64,000 bases of DNA from Pseudomonadota bacterium (GTDB lineage Bacteria; Desulfobacterota; Binatia; Binatales; Binataceae): contig JAJPIL010000010.1 of NCBI GenBank assembly GCA_021324755.1, positions 1,097 to 65,096 on the forward strand, read 5' to 3'. The translations under genes and the position numbers were made by a program. Positions 1-8,530 of the stretch are shown piece after piece. The notes under the pieces are model-generated. The model did no database searches and had not been told where the DNA came from. It was given only the letters and a program-made list of their open reading frames with translations. How positions within the stretch are numbered: position 1 is the stretch's first letter; every line of letters starts with the position of its first letter.

Positions 1-2
1 AA

Positions 3-950
3 GTCAACGGCAAGAGCCAAAAGTCTCAGCCATTCGCCGGCTGCAATGAAAAGCGCCAGGCCAGCCGATAAACCGGTAAGCAAAAGATTGAAGCGTAGCT
101 TTCGCCAGGGGTCGGCAAAAACCCAGTCGTAGATGCTCATCAACAGGATGCCGTCCAGGGTGTCGACCAGGCTCATACCGGCCGTGAACATCAACGGAAA
201 CACCATTATTCCCCAAAGCGGAAGACCGCCCTGCAAAGCAGCTGCAGTTGAGAGACCGATAACGGCAACTTCGCTCGCGGTATCAAAGCTGAGACCAAAC
301 AAAAGCCCCACCGGATACATCTTCCAGTTTGTATCCACCCAGGCGTACACGAAGCGAAACGGTCTTCCTCCTACGCGCTGCTGATCGAGCATCGCGTCAA
401 CAGCTTCACTCGTTACGTCCCGCGGCGAATGGCAATTAGACCTCCGCAAACTGCGCCATAAATTGCGAACGATACCGACGTTGGCAAAGCCAATAAAGGT
501 AAGAAATGTGGCGGACCAAAACGCTCCAAGGGAGCTATGAACGCCCGATCCGAACCACGACCGAACGCCAGAACTGGAGCGTGCGGCCACAAGCGCGCAC
601 AGCGAAAGCAGCACGACGACACTTGAGTGGCCGAGCGCGAAGAAAAAGCCGGCTAAGGTGGGTCGCCTGCCGTCCTGGCGAAGCTTGCGAGTTACGTTAT
701 CGATAGCTGCTATGTGATCCGCGTCAAAGCCATGCTTAAGTCCAAGAAAATATGCCAAGACGCCGGCACCAAAGATTGCCGATCCGCCTAGCGACGCCAA
801 GGCCAAAAGCCCAAGCCAGGCCACTATGTTCACCCCACCCAGCGCAAGCAGCGCCGCAGTAGTCGAATTAGAAAGGTTCGGCGCTACTTCAGCTAGCCGC
901 AGGATATACCAGGAGAGACTTGTCTTTGACGAATACGTAAATCGGTCCAT
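3..950 (-). CDS. HoxN/HupN/NixA (NiCoT) family nickel/cobalt transporter; 3' end runs off the window; absent from the ORF track
   Basis: Manual minus-strand translation from ATG at 950 (AAGAGG RBS upstream) gives LGLKHGFDADHIAAIDN, FFALGHSSVV, MYPVGLLFGLSFDTASEV and FPLMFTAGMSLVDTLDG, which are NiCoT signatures. Confidence 0.93.
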   Translation of the reverse strand, partial: MDRFTYSSKTSLSWYILRLAEVAPNLSNSTTAALLALGGVNIVAWLGLLALASLGGSAIFGAGVLAYFLGLKHGFDADHIAAIDNVTRKLRQDGRRPTLAGFFFALGHSSVVVLLSLCALVAARSSSGVRSWFGSGVHSSLGAFWSATFLTFIGFANVGIVRNLWRSLRRSNCHSPRDVTSEAVDAMLDQQRVGGRPFRFVYAWVDTNWKMYPVGLLFGLSFDTASEVAVIGLSTAAALQGGLPLWGIMVFPLMFTAGMSLVDTLDGILLMSIYDWVFADPWRKLRFNLLLTGLSAGLALFIAAGEWLRLLALAVD

Positions 951-1089
951 CGCGCCTCTTGCCCAAGATAAGTTCTGAGCGCGGAGAAAGCGAAATTCAA
1001 AGCTCGGCCGGTCGCGCAACAAGCTTGCGAGGGCGGGCACCCTCAATACGCCGACGCCTCTTCCCCACAAAGAGACCAGTCCGGAAAGT

Positions 1090-1240
1090 CTACTGAGCTG
1101 GTCCCCTGGCTAAGGACTCTTCTGGAGGCCAACGTTCCCGGTCACCCAGTTGCGTTATCGCCCTTAAGGTTCCCTCACAGTTGCGGGGTAGCGCCGGATT
1201 TGCACCGGCTTCCCGAGCACCGAGCAGGACGTGAATCTAG
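1090..1240 (-). ncRNA. Cobalamin (B12) riboswitch
   Basis: Minus strand reads GGGAAGCCGGTGCAAATCCGGCGCTACCCCGCAACTGTGA...CAACTGG...CCGGGAA...AGCCAGGGGACCAGC, matching the cobalamin riboswitch core and B12 box. It lies about 140 nt upstream of the NiCoT start. Ends are approximate. Confidence 0.9.
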
Positions 1241-2463
1241 CACCGCATCATCTACGCGTCAAGAAAATTTGCTCCAGTTAAAGCCTCCCTGGGGAGCTCA
1301 CAGTCAAGCGGACGCACCGCTTCTTGATCTTGCAGCAAACCAGCCAATTAAGGTCATGGCACGGCCTATCAATTGGGCGACGAAAAGTACACCAGGTCGT
1401 TATCGGGAGTTACCCTTCTGGAGCCAGAAAAATCTACAAACATTCCGCCACTCAAGGCGCGCAAACACATAGTCACCGCACTTGCCGAGACTACGCCAGA
1501 CTACGCTAATTGCTACGATTTGCAAGTCGTCAGACTTAACTTGCTCGACTTTTTAGCGATCGCCCGACACACCGATTTAATGAACGAATCGCTGATGACA
1601 GCCAAAGTTAGCTTCGCAAGCACGATGACCTATGAAAAAGGTGCTAATTGTGGGGAAGTGATTTTTTGGCCGCGGAGCTGTCATGGCCGTCACACACAAG
1701 CTCGACGAGCTTGGAGTGTCGAATTGGAAGGTCAGCGTAACTATCGTGAACCGCGACCCTTGAATTAAATTCCTGTGCGCAACTGCGAGACGGACCCCTC
1801 ATCAAAGCTCAAGAGCCGCTCGGTGAGGTGGTAAAGCCGGTCGCGGTCGAACGTCCCAAACCGGAGGTGACTGCGCTCGACCTGGCCAGCCGCGCGCTAG
1901 TGAAGACAGCCGAAGAAGAAACCGAGCTTGAGCGCGACTGCGTGGTGCTCGCCGCAATGAACCAAGTTAACTAACCGCGTCTCCCTGGCCTCGCAGAGGC
2001 CCCTCATGACCGACATCGAAGCGGCTTGCGAGCGATACGCACCGATGCCAAGTTCGGGATGGCTCGCATCGCCGTCCTGCCTTCAAATACTTGAGGCACA
2101 AAAGCGAAGCTACGGCGCGCAAAAGGGGAAAGCTCGCCACCAGTGAGTAACGATGGCTCGGGCTATGGGGATAAACAGTAGCCGCGCAACGCCGTAATAT
2201 AAAAACGATAGGAAGGAACACCACAATCGTTGTCACGGTCGACGCCGTTCAGGCTTAGTGGCGAGGATGAGTTAACCGTGGATATGTACAAGAAGGCCAA
2301 GCGTTATGAGTACAAGCCCGTTATTTCCCCAGATGCCGCCCCATTCGTGAGCCAAGCTTGTGAGCAGCTGTGTGTTGATGCAGAGGCTGCCACTACAGCC
2401 CTGCTTGCACGAGCAGAAGCCTCGCCCCAGTGCATCGCAAGCAGCCTGTGGCGGATACCAAGC

Positions 2464-2800
2464 CTACCGGCGCATAAGCGCATCGACAGATATAATCCCC
2501 AGCAGCGATTCACGTGGACCTAGCTGACGTGAAGCTCGCTGGCGCAGCCAGCGTTCAACTTCTTTTACCGGATACCGAACAGCTCGCCCCACTTTGATGA
2601 ACACAAGGCCTTGTTCTTTATTCCGTGCTCCCGTCTTCTGTGCCGCTCGCCATTCTTCTAGCGTATCCGGTCGATACCTCGAGCAAATCAGCCAACTGCT
2701 TTGGCGTTAAAAACCTCTTATGCTCATTCTCTGGGTGGCGCTTGGGTGGCAGTTCTTGTGCCGCTTTCGCCGTGCTTTTACCGGTTACGTCCGTCGTCGT
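2464..2800 (-). pseudogene. Frameshifted excisionase-like helix-turn-helix (HTH_17/Xis-type) remnant
   Basis: One frame gives FLTPKQLADLLEVST. After a +1 shift at CCGG (about 2667-2670) the next frame gives DTLEEWR...GLVFIKVGRAVRYPVKEVERWLRQR. Joined, this fits the LTxxxxAxxLxVSxxTLxxWR...FxKxGRxVRY...WL pattern. No clean in-frame start codon. Confidence 0.72.
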
Positions 2801-2861
2801 GCTAACCCACCAAAACCGCTAAACTCCTTGTGCCACAAGCATTTTCTTGAGTTTTTGTGAT

Positions 2862-2934
2862 AGGCGGCGGTCGGAATCGAACCGACGAATAGAGGTTTTG
2901 CAGACCTCCCCCTTGGCCACTTGGGTACGCCGCC
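2862..2934 (-). tRNA. tRNA-Cys(GCA); 3' CCA not encoded
   Basis: GGCGGCGTACCCAAGTGGCCAAGGGGGAGGTCTGCAAAACCTCTATTCGTCGGTTCGATTCCGACCGCCGCCT: 7-bp acceptor stem, GAGGT/ACCTC anticodon stem with GCA, GTTCGA T-loop, U73 discriminator. Confidence 0.97.
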
Positions 2935-3041
2935 TCGAAGCTCGAATACTCTCAGAGCTTTTGCTAACCGATAATGTCTCGTAGCACGCTTCGAACAACG
3001 TGATCAACTACCGCATCGACCCATCAGCGAAATGCCGCTGG

Positions 3042-3842
3042 CTATAACGCCCGACGCATGCGTACCTGTGCTACGCATTGCGCAAGACGCGGTAAGGCTT
3101 CCCCGGAGGGGCCACGAAGACAAATATCGCAGAGCGCCGTTATCTCGGAATCGTAAAGGTTGACCTCTATTAGCTGACCTCCGCGCCGTTTAACTTCTAG
3201 GGCGAAACCGGCTGCCGGATACACGCTAGCCGAAGTCCCCACCAGAAGCACTAAGTCAGCTTGCGCAGCCTCCCGCTCGCACTGTGCCAGCACGTCCGGC
3301 GGGATCGGCTCGCCGAACGACACCGTATCGCTCTTGACCAACCCGCCGCAATTCGGACATCGCGGAGGCAACTCGTTAAGGTCAAATTGCTCGAACGGAA
3401 AGCGCGAAACACATTCAAGACATCTCAGCAACTTGTAGTTACCGTGAATTTCGACCAGCGACTTCTGTCCGGCCATTCGATGCAGATCGTCGACATTCTG
3501 CGTGATCACGCACCGAATAACCCCAAGCCGTTCAAGCTCGACCAAAGCGTAGTGGCCGGCGTTAGGCTGAGCGGCGCGCAAAGAGGTATATAGCTCGTCT
3601 TCGTTGAATTGCCTGAGTCGTTCCTCCCACGCGCGTTTTGGATCCGCCAAAAAGAGCTGGAAGGCGTTCATCGGCGGCTCGCCGCGTTTGGTCCAAAGCC
3701 CTCCAGGTCCTCTAAATGGCGGAATCCCACTTTCAACCGACATTCCCGCTCCAGTAAGCGCTATCGAATAGGAGGAGTCGACCAAAGCTTGCGCCGCACG
3801 CACAAAGTCCGAATCGACCGAACCTTTAGTTTTGGTTTCCAT
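3042..3842 (-). CDS. cobB: NAD-dependent protein deacylase (Sir2/CobB family)
   Basis: TGAGMSVESGIPPFRG, ITQNVDDLH, EIHG, two CxxC zinc pairs, VLLVGTS. Confidence 0.9.
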   Translation of the reverse strand: METKTKGSVDSDFVRAAQALVDSSYSIALTGAGMSVESGIPPFRGPGGLWTKRGEPPMNAFQLFLADPKRAWEERLRQFNEDELYTSLRAAQPNAGHYALVELERLGVIRCVITQNVDDLHRMAGQKSLVEIHGNYKLLRCLECVSRFPFEQFDLNELPPRCPNCGGLVKSDTVSFGEPIPPDVLAQCEREAAQADLVLLVGTSASVYPAAGFALEVKRRGGQLIEVNLYDSEITALCDICLRGPSGEALPRLAQCVAQVRMRRAL

Positions 3843-4027
3843 TGGATAGCCACCCGAGCTTTAGCGTATTACCAGCGCTAGCCGCTGAAAAGAGTTCGTT
3901 AGCCGCTCAATCGCAAAACGACGGGAATTTTAGCTGATTGCGGTGCCGAGGTCCAATTGCCACGCCTTTCGGCAACGCTCTGCCAAAGCGCCTTATATGA
4001 CCGTTCCTTGCGCCGGACAGCTTTGCG

Positions 4028-5521
4028 CTATTGTTGTATCGCGCCATAAGCGCCCCCGCACACGGGCACCGGCATGTTCGCTTTCAGCGGGCTCCACTCC
4101 CCAGTCGTAGGGTCGTACAATTCCGCCGCCACCGCTGGATTGCGTGCCTCTCTGTCCTCGGGCGAACCCGCCACATAACAAAAGGAAGGGTTTTTGCCGT
4201 CGCAGTTCTCTCCGCCGGCCACCAGTACTTCGCCGTCGTCAGGCCCGCCGGTGAGCAGTAAGAACGCATGGCCAGAGCGAGCCTCGTTCAAGCTGCCAGT
4301 GGCTTTAAAGCCGCCCGTGTCGCTAAGCGAAGGAGTAAAAATATCGGCTGTAGCTACACTGCGTTGACGCACGCCACGGGCCGTGCCGTCCCCCCGTAGC
4401 TCGAGTCCACCCGAAACTAGCACCGCTCCCGCTAGTGGTCCGCTTCGAAACAAGGTGGCGGAATGGTAAATCCGTGGTGAACTCATCCGTCCGGCTACCG
4501 GCCGAAATCGTCCGCTTTCCGGATCGTACAGCTCAGCTGAACTTTCGGTCCAACCATCTAAACGCCGTCGCGCAACCAAGCCTCCGGTGATCAACACGTT
4601 GCCACTGAGGGGACCTGTGACTATTTCGGGGGCTAGCACTGTGGCCCGCGCAAGTTCACGCGGCACGTTCATAGAACCCGTGAGCGAAAAAGCCATTTTA
4701 ACTGGGTCGAAGATCTCCGCGCTACTGAGTGAATGAACAAAAAATCCCTTGTCATCGCCTCCGGCCAACAAGACACGGCCATTGGCGAGACGCACCGCCA
4801 CATGGCCTTGTCGCGCAACGTTCATACGCGCCGCGATAGCGACAAACCTGTCTTGTTGCGGATCATATAACTCCGCCGTAGCAGAGGGCACAGAGGATGT
4901 AATACCGGTCAGCGAGGTCGATAATTTGCCGCTGCTCCCTCCCGCCAGAAGGACTTTGCCGTCGGCCGGACAAGCACATCCCGTGATAAGGGTCGCTGAA
5001 TGGCCCGCCCTGGCCGTGACCATCCTTCCCCCACTTTTTCTGCCTGCGACAGAAAAACGCCCTGTCTTCGGGTCGAACAATTCTGCTGTATCGAGCGCCT
5101 TGCACGACGAGCCAAGAATACCGTTTGTGCATTGCAGCCCCCCAGCTATTAGCACCCTGCCGTCGAGCAGCACGGTTGCGCTCGCCATCTCTCGCCCTTG
5201 ATGGAGCATCCCGGTGGTTGGCACGAAGCGACCTTCGCTCATCAAAAAGATCTGAGCGGCGTTGGTCGAACTTACAAAAAGGGCGTTCGGAACAAGATGG
5301 AGTACGTTGCCTCCGATGTCGCCCCCGGCGATCAAGAGAGTGCTTTCGCCGAAGAATTCGCTCAACCGCTTGGTTTGCGTTTTATTTCCAGCGACGTTTC
5401 CAGACTTTGCGGAAACAACCCCGGCCATCCTTTCAGATTCGCCGCCAAGAGTTTCCCGTGACCCAAGCAAAAGACAAATAGCAACGCCCATCACTACGCT
5501 TAAGGCTCGACTACAAACCAT
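4028..5521 (-). CDS. Secreted Kelch-repeat beta-propeller protein
   Basis: Repeated (R/A)xxHxATL...VLxAGG...AELYDP units and a hydrophobic N-terminal signal-like segment. ATG at 5521 preferred over TTG at 5560. Confidence 0.8.
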   Translation of the reverse strand: MVCSRALSVVMGVAICLLLGSRETLGGESERMAGVVSAKSGNVAGNKTQTKRLSEFFGESTLLIAGGDIGGNVLHLVPNALFVSSTNAAQIFLMSEGRFVPTTGMLHQGREMASATVLLDGRVLIAGGLQCTNGILGSSCKALDTAELFDPKTGRFSVAGRKSGGRMVTARAGHSATLITGCACPADGKVLLAGGSSGKLSTSLTGITSSVPSATAELYDPQQDRFVAIAARMNVARQGHVAVRLANGRVLLAGGDDKGFFVHSLSSAEIFDPVKMAFSLTGSMNVPRELARATVLAPEIVTGPLSGNVLITGGLVARRRLDGWTESSAELYDPESGRFRPVAGRMSSPRIYHSATLFRSGPLAGAVLVSGGLELRGDGTARGVRQRSVATADIFTPSLSDTGGFKATGSLNEARSGHAFLLLTGGPDDGEVLVAGGENCDGKNPSFCYVAGSPEDREARNPAVAAELYDPTTGEWSPLKANMPVPVCGGAYGAIQQ

Positions 5522-5992
5522 CAAACGCTCCCTGCAAAAACGATCACTCCAAAGCAGCAAGCAAATCTCGACTCAAGAACCCCTGACCAGGTGGGCATCG
5601 ATCTTCCTCGATAAGGCATAACTTGTCCAGTGGAAGCCATAAAGTCGAAGCGTTAGGTACCTTTTGAGGTTTCGACTCGGTAGCGATTGAAACGTCGCCG
5701 TAGCGGTCGAGAAAACTCCGCGATTGTCGAGAAATTTGGTCAAGCGAGGTTCTCAACGCTCAAGTTCAGTTTAGCGGAGTAAATTTACTTGACGCGGACG
5801 GCTGAATGAGCTGTTTATGGAACAAACACAATCAGCAAGGCCAACAATCTATAGAGCATACGGGCTCGGCCTTCGAATGGGCGTTGCGACGAGAAAACCG
5901 AGTAAACCGCCGCAAGTTGCGCAAGGCACTATTTGATGACCCTAGGAAGAGTGTATGGAAAATTTCAAAAACAAGACGGGGGTGAGGTAACA

Positions 5993-6751
5993 ATGGTTGT
6001 CGAGGCACGTGATTTGGGCCAAGGCGTGCGGATGCTGGTATTGAATCGGCCGCCCGCGAACGCGATCAACAGAGACCTTAGCCATCAACTTTACGAGCAA
6101 TGCATGGCCGCGGCTGACGATGCCAGCGTGCGGGCACTGATAGTGACCGGCAATGGCCGTTTTTTCTCTGGGGGATTGGATTTAAAGGAGCTGGCCGGCG
6201 ACGGTACTCCTTTAGGCAGGCTTGGAAGTGCACGCGCCGACGGAGTGTTCGCGCTGTGGACGTTACCCAAACCAACCGTGGCGATGGTCAATGGTCATGC
6301 CATCGCCGGAGGCGCGGTAATAGCGCTGGCTTGCGATTTTCGAATAACCTGCGCTGGCAGCCACAAAATAGGCCTCAATGAGGTCGCAATCGGTCTGGGC
6401 TTCCCCATCGGTGCTTTCGAAATCGTTTGCCTCGCTCTAGGTATACCGAATGCGCGCCGCGTGCTGCTCGAAGCGAAGCTTTATGATGTCGAAGCCGCAC
6501 GCGCACTTGGCATTGTGGACGATATAGTCAATCCGCAGGAGCTCGAGGCGCGATGCGTCGAGCTTGCCAAAAAGCTTGCAGCGTATGGTTCGCTTGCATA
6601 CGCGCATACCAAAAAAGCTTTTCAGAGACGGGCGCTCGAGCGAATCCAGGCGCTTAGCCAGGAAAACGCTCGCGAGATTGCAGAGATCGCACAAAGCGAA
6701 GAGACCAAAGCTCTACTTAGAGCTCAACTCGAAGCGCTCAGCAAAAAGTAA
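5993..6751 (+). CDS. Enoyl-CoA hydratase/isomerase (crotonase) family protein
   Basis: LNRPPANAIN, FFSGGLDL, VAMVNGHAIAGG, GLNEVAIG. GAGGT RBS before ATG 5993. Confidence 0.88.
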   Translation: MVVEARDLGQGVRMLVLNRPPANAINRDLSHQLYEQCMAAADDASVRALIVTGNGRFFSGGLDLKELAGDGTPLGRLGSARADGVFALWTLPKPTVAMVNGHAIAGGAVIALACDFRITCAGSHKIGLNEVAIGLGFPIGAFEIVCLALGIPNARRVLLEAKLYDVEAARALGIVDDIVNPQELEARCVELAKKLAAYGSLAYAHTKKAFQRRALERIQALSQENAREIAEIAQSEETKALLRAQLEALSKK

Positions 6752-6755
6752 TAGT

Positions 6756-6773
6756 CCGAACGGCTCGTTCGGC
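6756..6773. terminator. Short hairpin between convergent genes
   Basis: CCGAACG-GCT-CGTTCGG inverted repeat between the stop codons of the crotonase gene (+) and treZ (-). Confidence 0.4.
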
Positions 6774-6774
6774 T

Positions 6775-8514
6775 TTAGGCCCTTGACAAAATTGCCACCG
6801 AATCGCTGGGAAGCTTGACTGCGCCCGGCGTTGTTTCGACTGCTTTATTCGAAGCCAGAATGAGTTGATATTCGTCGCCCGAAGCTAATTGCACGCGGCG
6901 AGTCTCGGGGGAGAGGTTTACCGCGACACTTACTGGTTCGCGCTCGATCAGCATCCACTGGCCCTCTTCGTCAAAGACTGCCCGCACCTTGTCCGCTCGT
7001 CCATCTAAAAGCGCCGGCGTGTTTTTGCGCAAGCGAATCAGCGCTTTCCACCAAGCGAGAAGTTCCGCATGCCATCCCACAGTCAACTCGCTCCAATCTA
7101 ATTTTGAGCGAAGGAAGGTGGTTTCGGCTTGCGGGTCGGGAATTTCCTCCTCCTCCTTCCATCCAAAAGCGGCGAACTCCCGCGCGCGTCCGCTGCGCAC
7201 GCCTTGCGCCAAGACCGGGTCGCGATGGTCGGTGAAGAAAAGAAAAGGCGTTGTCGCCCCCCATTCCTCGCCCTGAAAAAGCATCGGCACGAACGGCGCA
7301 GTAGCGACAAGAGCAGCGGCAATCTTTAGCCGCCGAATGCTAGCCAGCGCGGACGCGCGCTCGCCATTGGCACGGTTCCCGACCTGGTCGTGGTTTTGGA
7401 AATAGCCCACTAAGCGATAGCCCGGCACGCTGCCGATGGGGCGTCCGTGGCGTCGCTTGCGGTAAAATGAGTAAGTACCGTCGTATACGAAACCCTCCGT
7501 CAGAGCCTTCGCAATGCACGCGAGGGAGCCGAAATCGGCGTAGTAACCGCTGCGTTCGCCCGTGATGACAGCGTGAAGAGCGTGGTGGAAATCGTCGTTC
7601 CATTGCGCGTGAATTCCGTAGCCCCCGACCTCTGGACGCGTGACAACGTGCGGATCGTTCAAATCGCTTTCTGCGATAAGAATTAGATGGCGGCCCAAAG
7701 CCGCGCTAAGCCTTTCGACTTCTGCGCTGAGCTCCTCCAAAAAGTGGGTCGCCGAGCTGTCGAAGATCGCGTGCACCGCATCCAGTCGCAGTCCGTCGAA
7801 GTGATAATCCCGCAGCCACATCAGCGCGTTATCGATGAAAAACCGTCGTACTTCGTCGCTGAACGGACCGTCAAAATTCAAGGCCTTGCCCCACGGTACC
7901 GAGTAACGGTCTGTGAAATAAGGCCCGAACTTTTCGAGATAGTTGCCATGCGGGCCTACGTGGTTGTAGACCACGTCCAACAAAACGGCGAGCGCTCGCT
8001 CATGGCAGGCGTTTACGAGTCGTTTAAGACCCTGCGGCCCGCCATAAGCATGATGCGGAGCGTAAATATCTACACCGTCGTAGCCCCAGTTACGGTCGCC
8101 GATAAATTCCCCAACCGGCATTAGCTCGAGGTGCGTAACGCCGAGATCCTTGAGATAATCCAACCGCTCGATCGCCGCCTCGAAAGTGCCGCCGGGAGTG
8201 AAGGTTCCCACATGAAGCTCGTAAATGATCGCCGAAGCAAGTGGCGGCTGATTCCACTTCTCGTCCGTCCAGCTAAAAGCTGAATGGTCGATCAATTGCG
8301 ACGGGCCGTGCACGCCGAACGGCTGAGATGGAGAACGAGGATCAGGAAACGGACCCTCACCGTTCACATAAAACGCGTAACAATCTCCAGGCTTGGCTGA
8401 TTGGACTCTAAGCTCCCACCAGCCATTGTCTCTGGGGTTCATAGAATATCTAGACCCGTTGAGTGCCAGTTCGACCTCGGCAACCTTTGGCGCCCAAACT
8501 CTAAACGTATTCAT
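6775..8514 (-). CDS. treZ: Malto-oligosyltrehalose trehalohydrolase
   Basis: FRVWAP N-terminus, IYELHVGTFT, NWGYDGV, LDVVYNH, GLRLDAVHAI, QNHDQVGNR, MLFQGEEWG. Confidence 0.96.
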   Translation of the reverse strand: MNTFRVWAPKVAEVELALNGSRYSMNPRDNGWWELRVQSAKPGDCYAFYVNGEGPFPDPRSPSQPFGVHGPSQLIDHSAFSWTDEKWNQPPLASAIIYELHVGTFTPGGTFEAAIERLDYLKDLGVTHLELMPVGEFIGDRNWGYDGVDIYAPHHAYGGPQGLKRLVNACHERALAVLLDVVYNHVGPHGNYLEKFGPYFTDRYSVPWGKALNFDGPFSDEVRRFFIDNALMWLRDYHFDGLRLDAVHAIFDSSATHFLEELSAEVERLSAALGRHLILIAESDLNDPHVVTRPEVGGYGIHAQWNDDFHHALHAVITGERSGYYADFGSLACIAKALTEGFVYDGTYSFYRKRRHGRPIGSVPGYRLVGYFQNHDQVGNRANGERASALASIRRLKIAAALVATAPFVPMLFQGEEWGATTPFLFFTDHRDPVLAQGVRSGRAREFAAFGWKEEEEIPDPQAETTFLRSKLDWSELTVGWHAELLAWWKALIRLRKNTPALLDGRADKVRAVFDEEGQWMLIEREPVSVAVNLSPETRRVQLASGDEYQLILASNKAVETTPGAVKLPSDSVAILSRA

Positions 8515-8530
8515 CCGCGAGCGTCCCGCA

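Noticed and set aside
1373-2523. Track ORFs 1373-1768, 1967-2236, 2230-2523 and 2304-2513
   Set aside because: No recognisable motifs, weak starts, and no integrase signature found in any frame I read.
2819-3007. 62-aa ORF
   Set aside because: It overlaps tRNA-Cys on the same strand; spurious.
4440-4490. RIYHSA motif suggesting a galactose-oxidase-type copper radical oxidase
   Set aside because: YHS-like motifs are generic in Kelch blades. The Cys-Tyr partner motif and the C-terminal His-bearing Ig domain are not evident.
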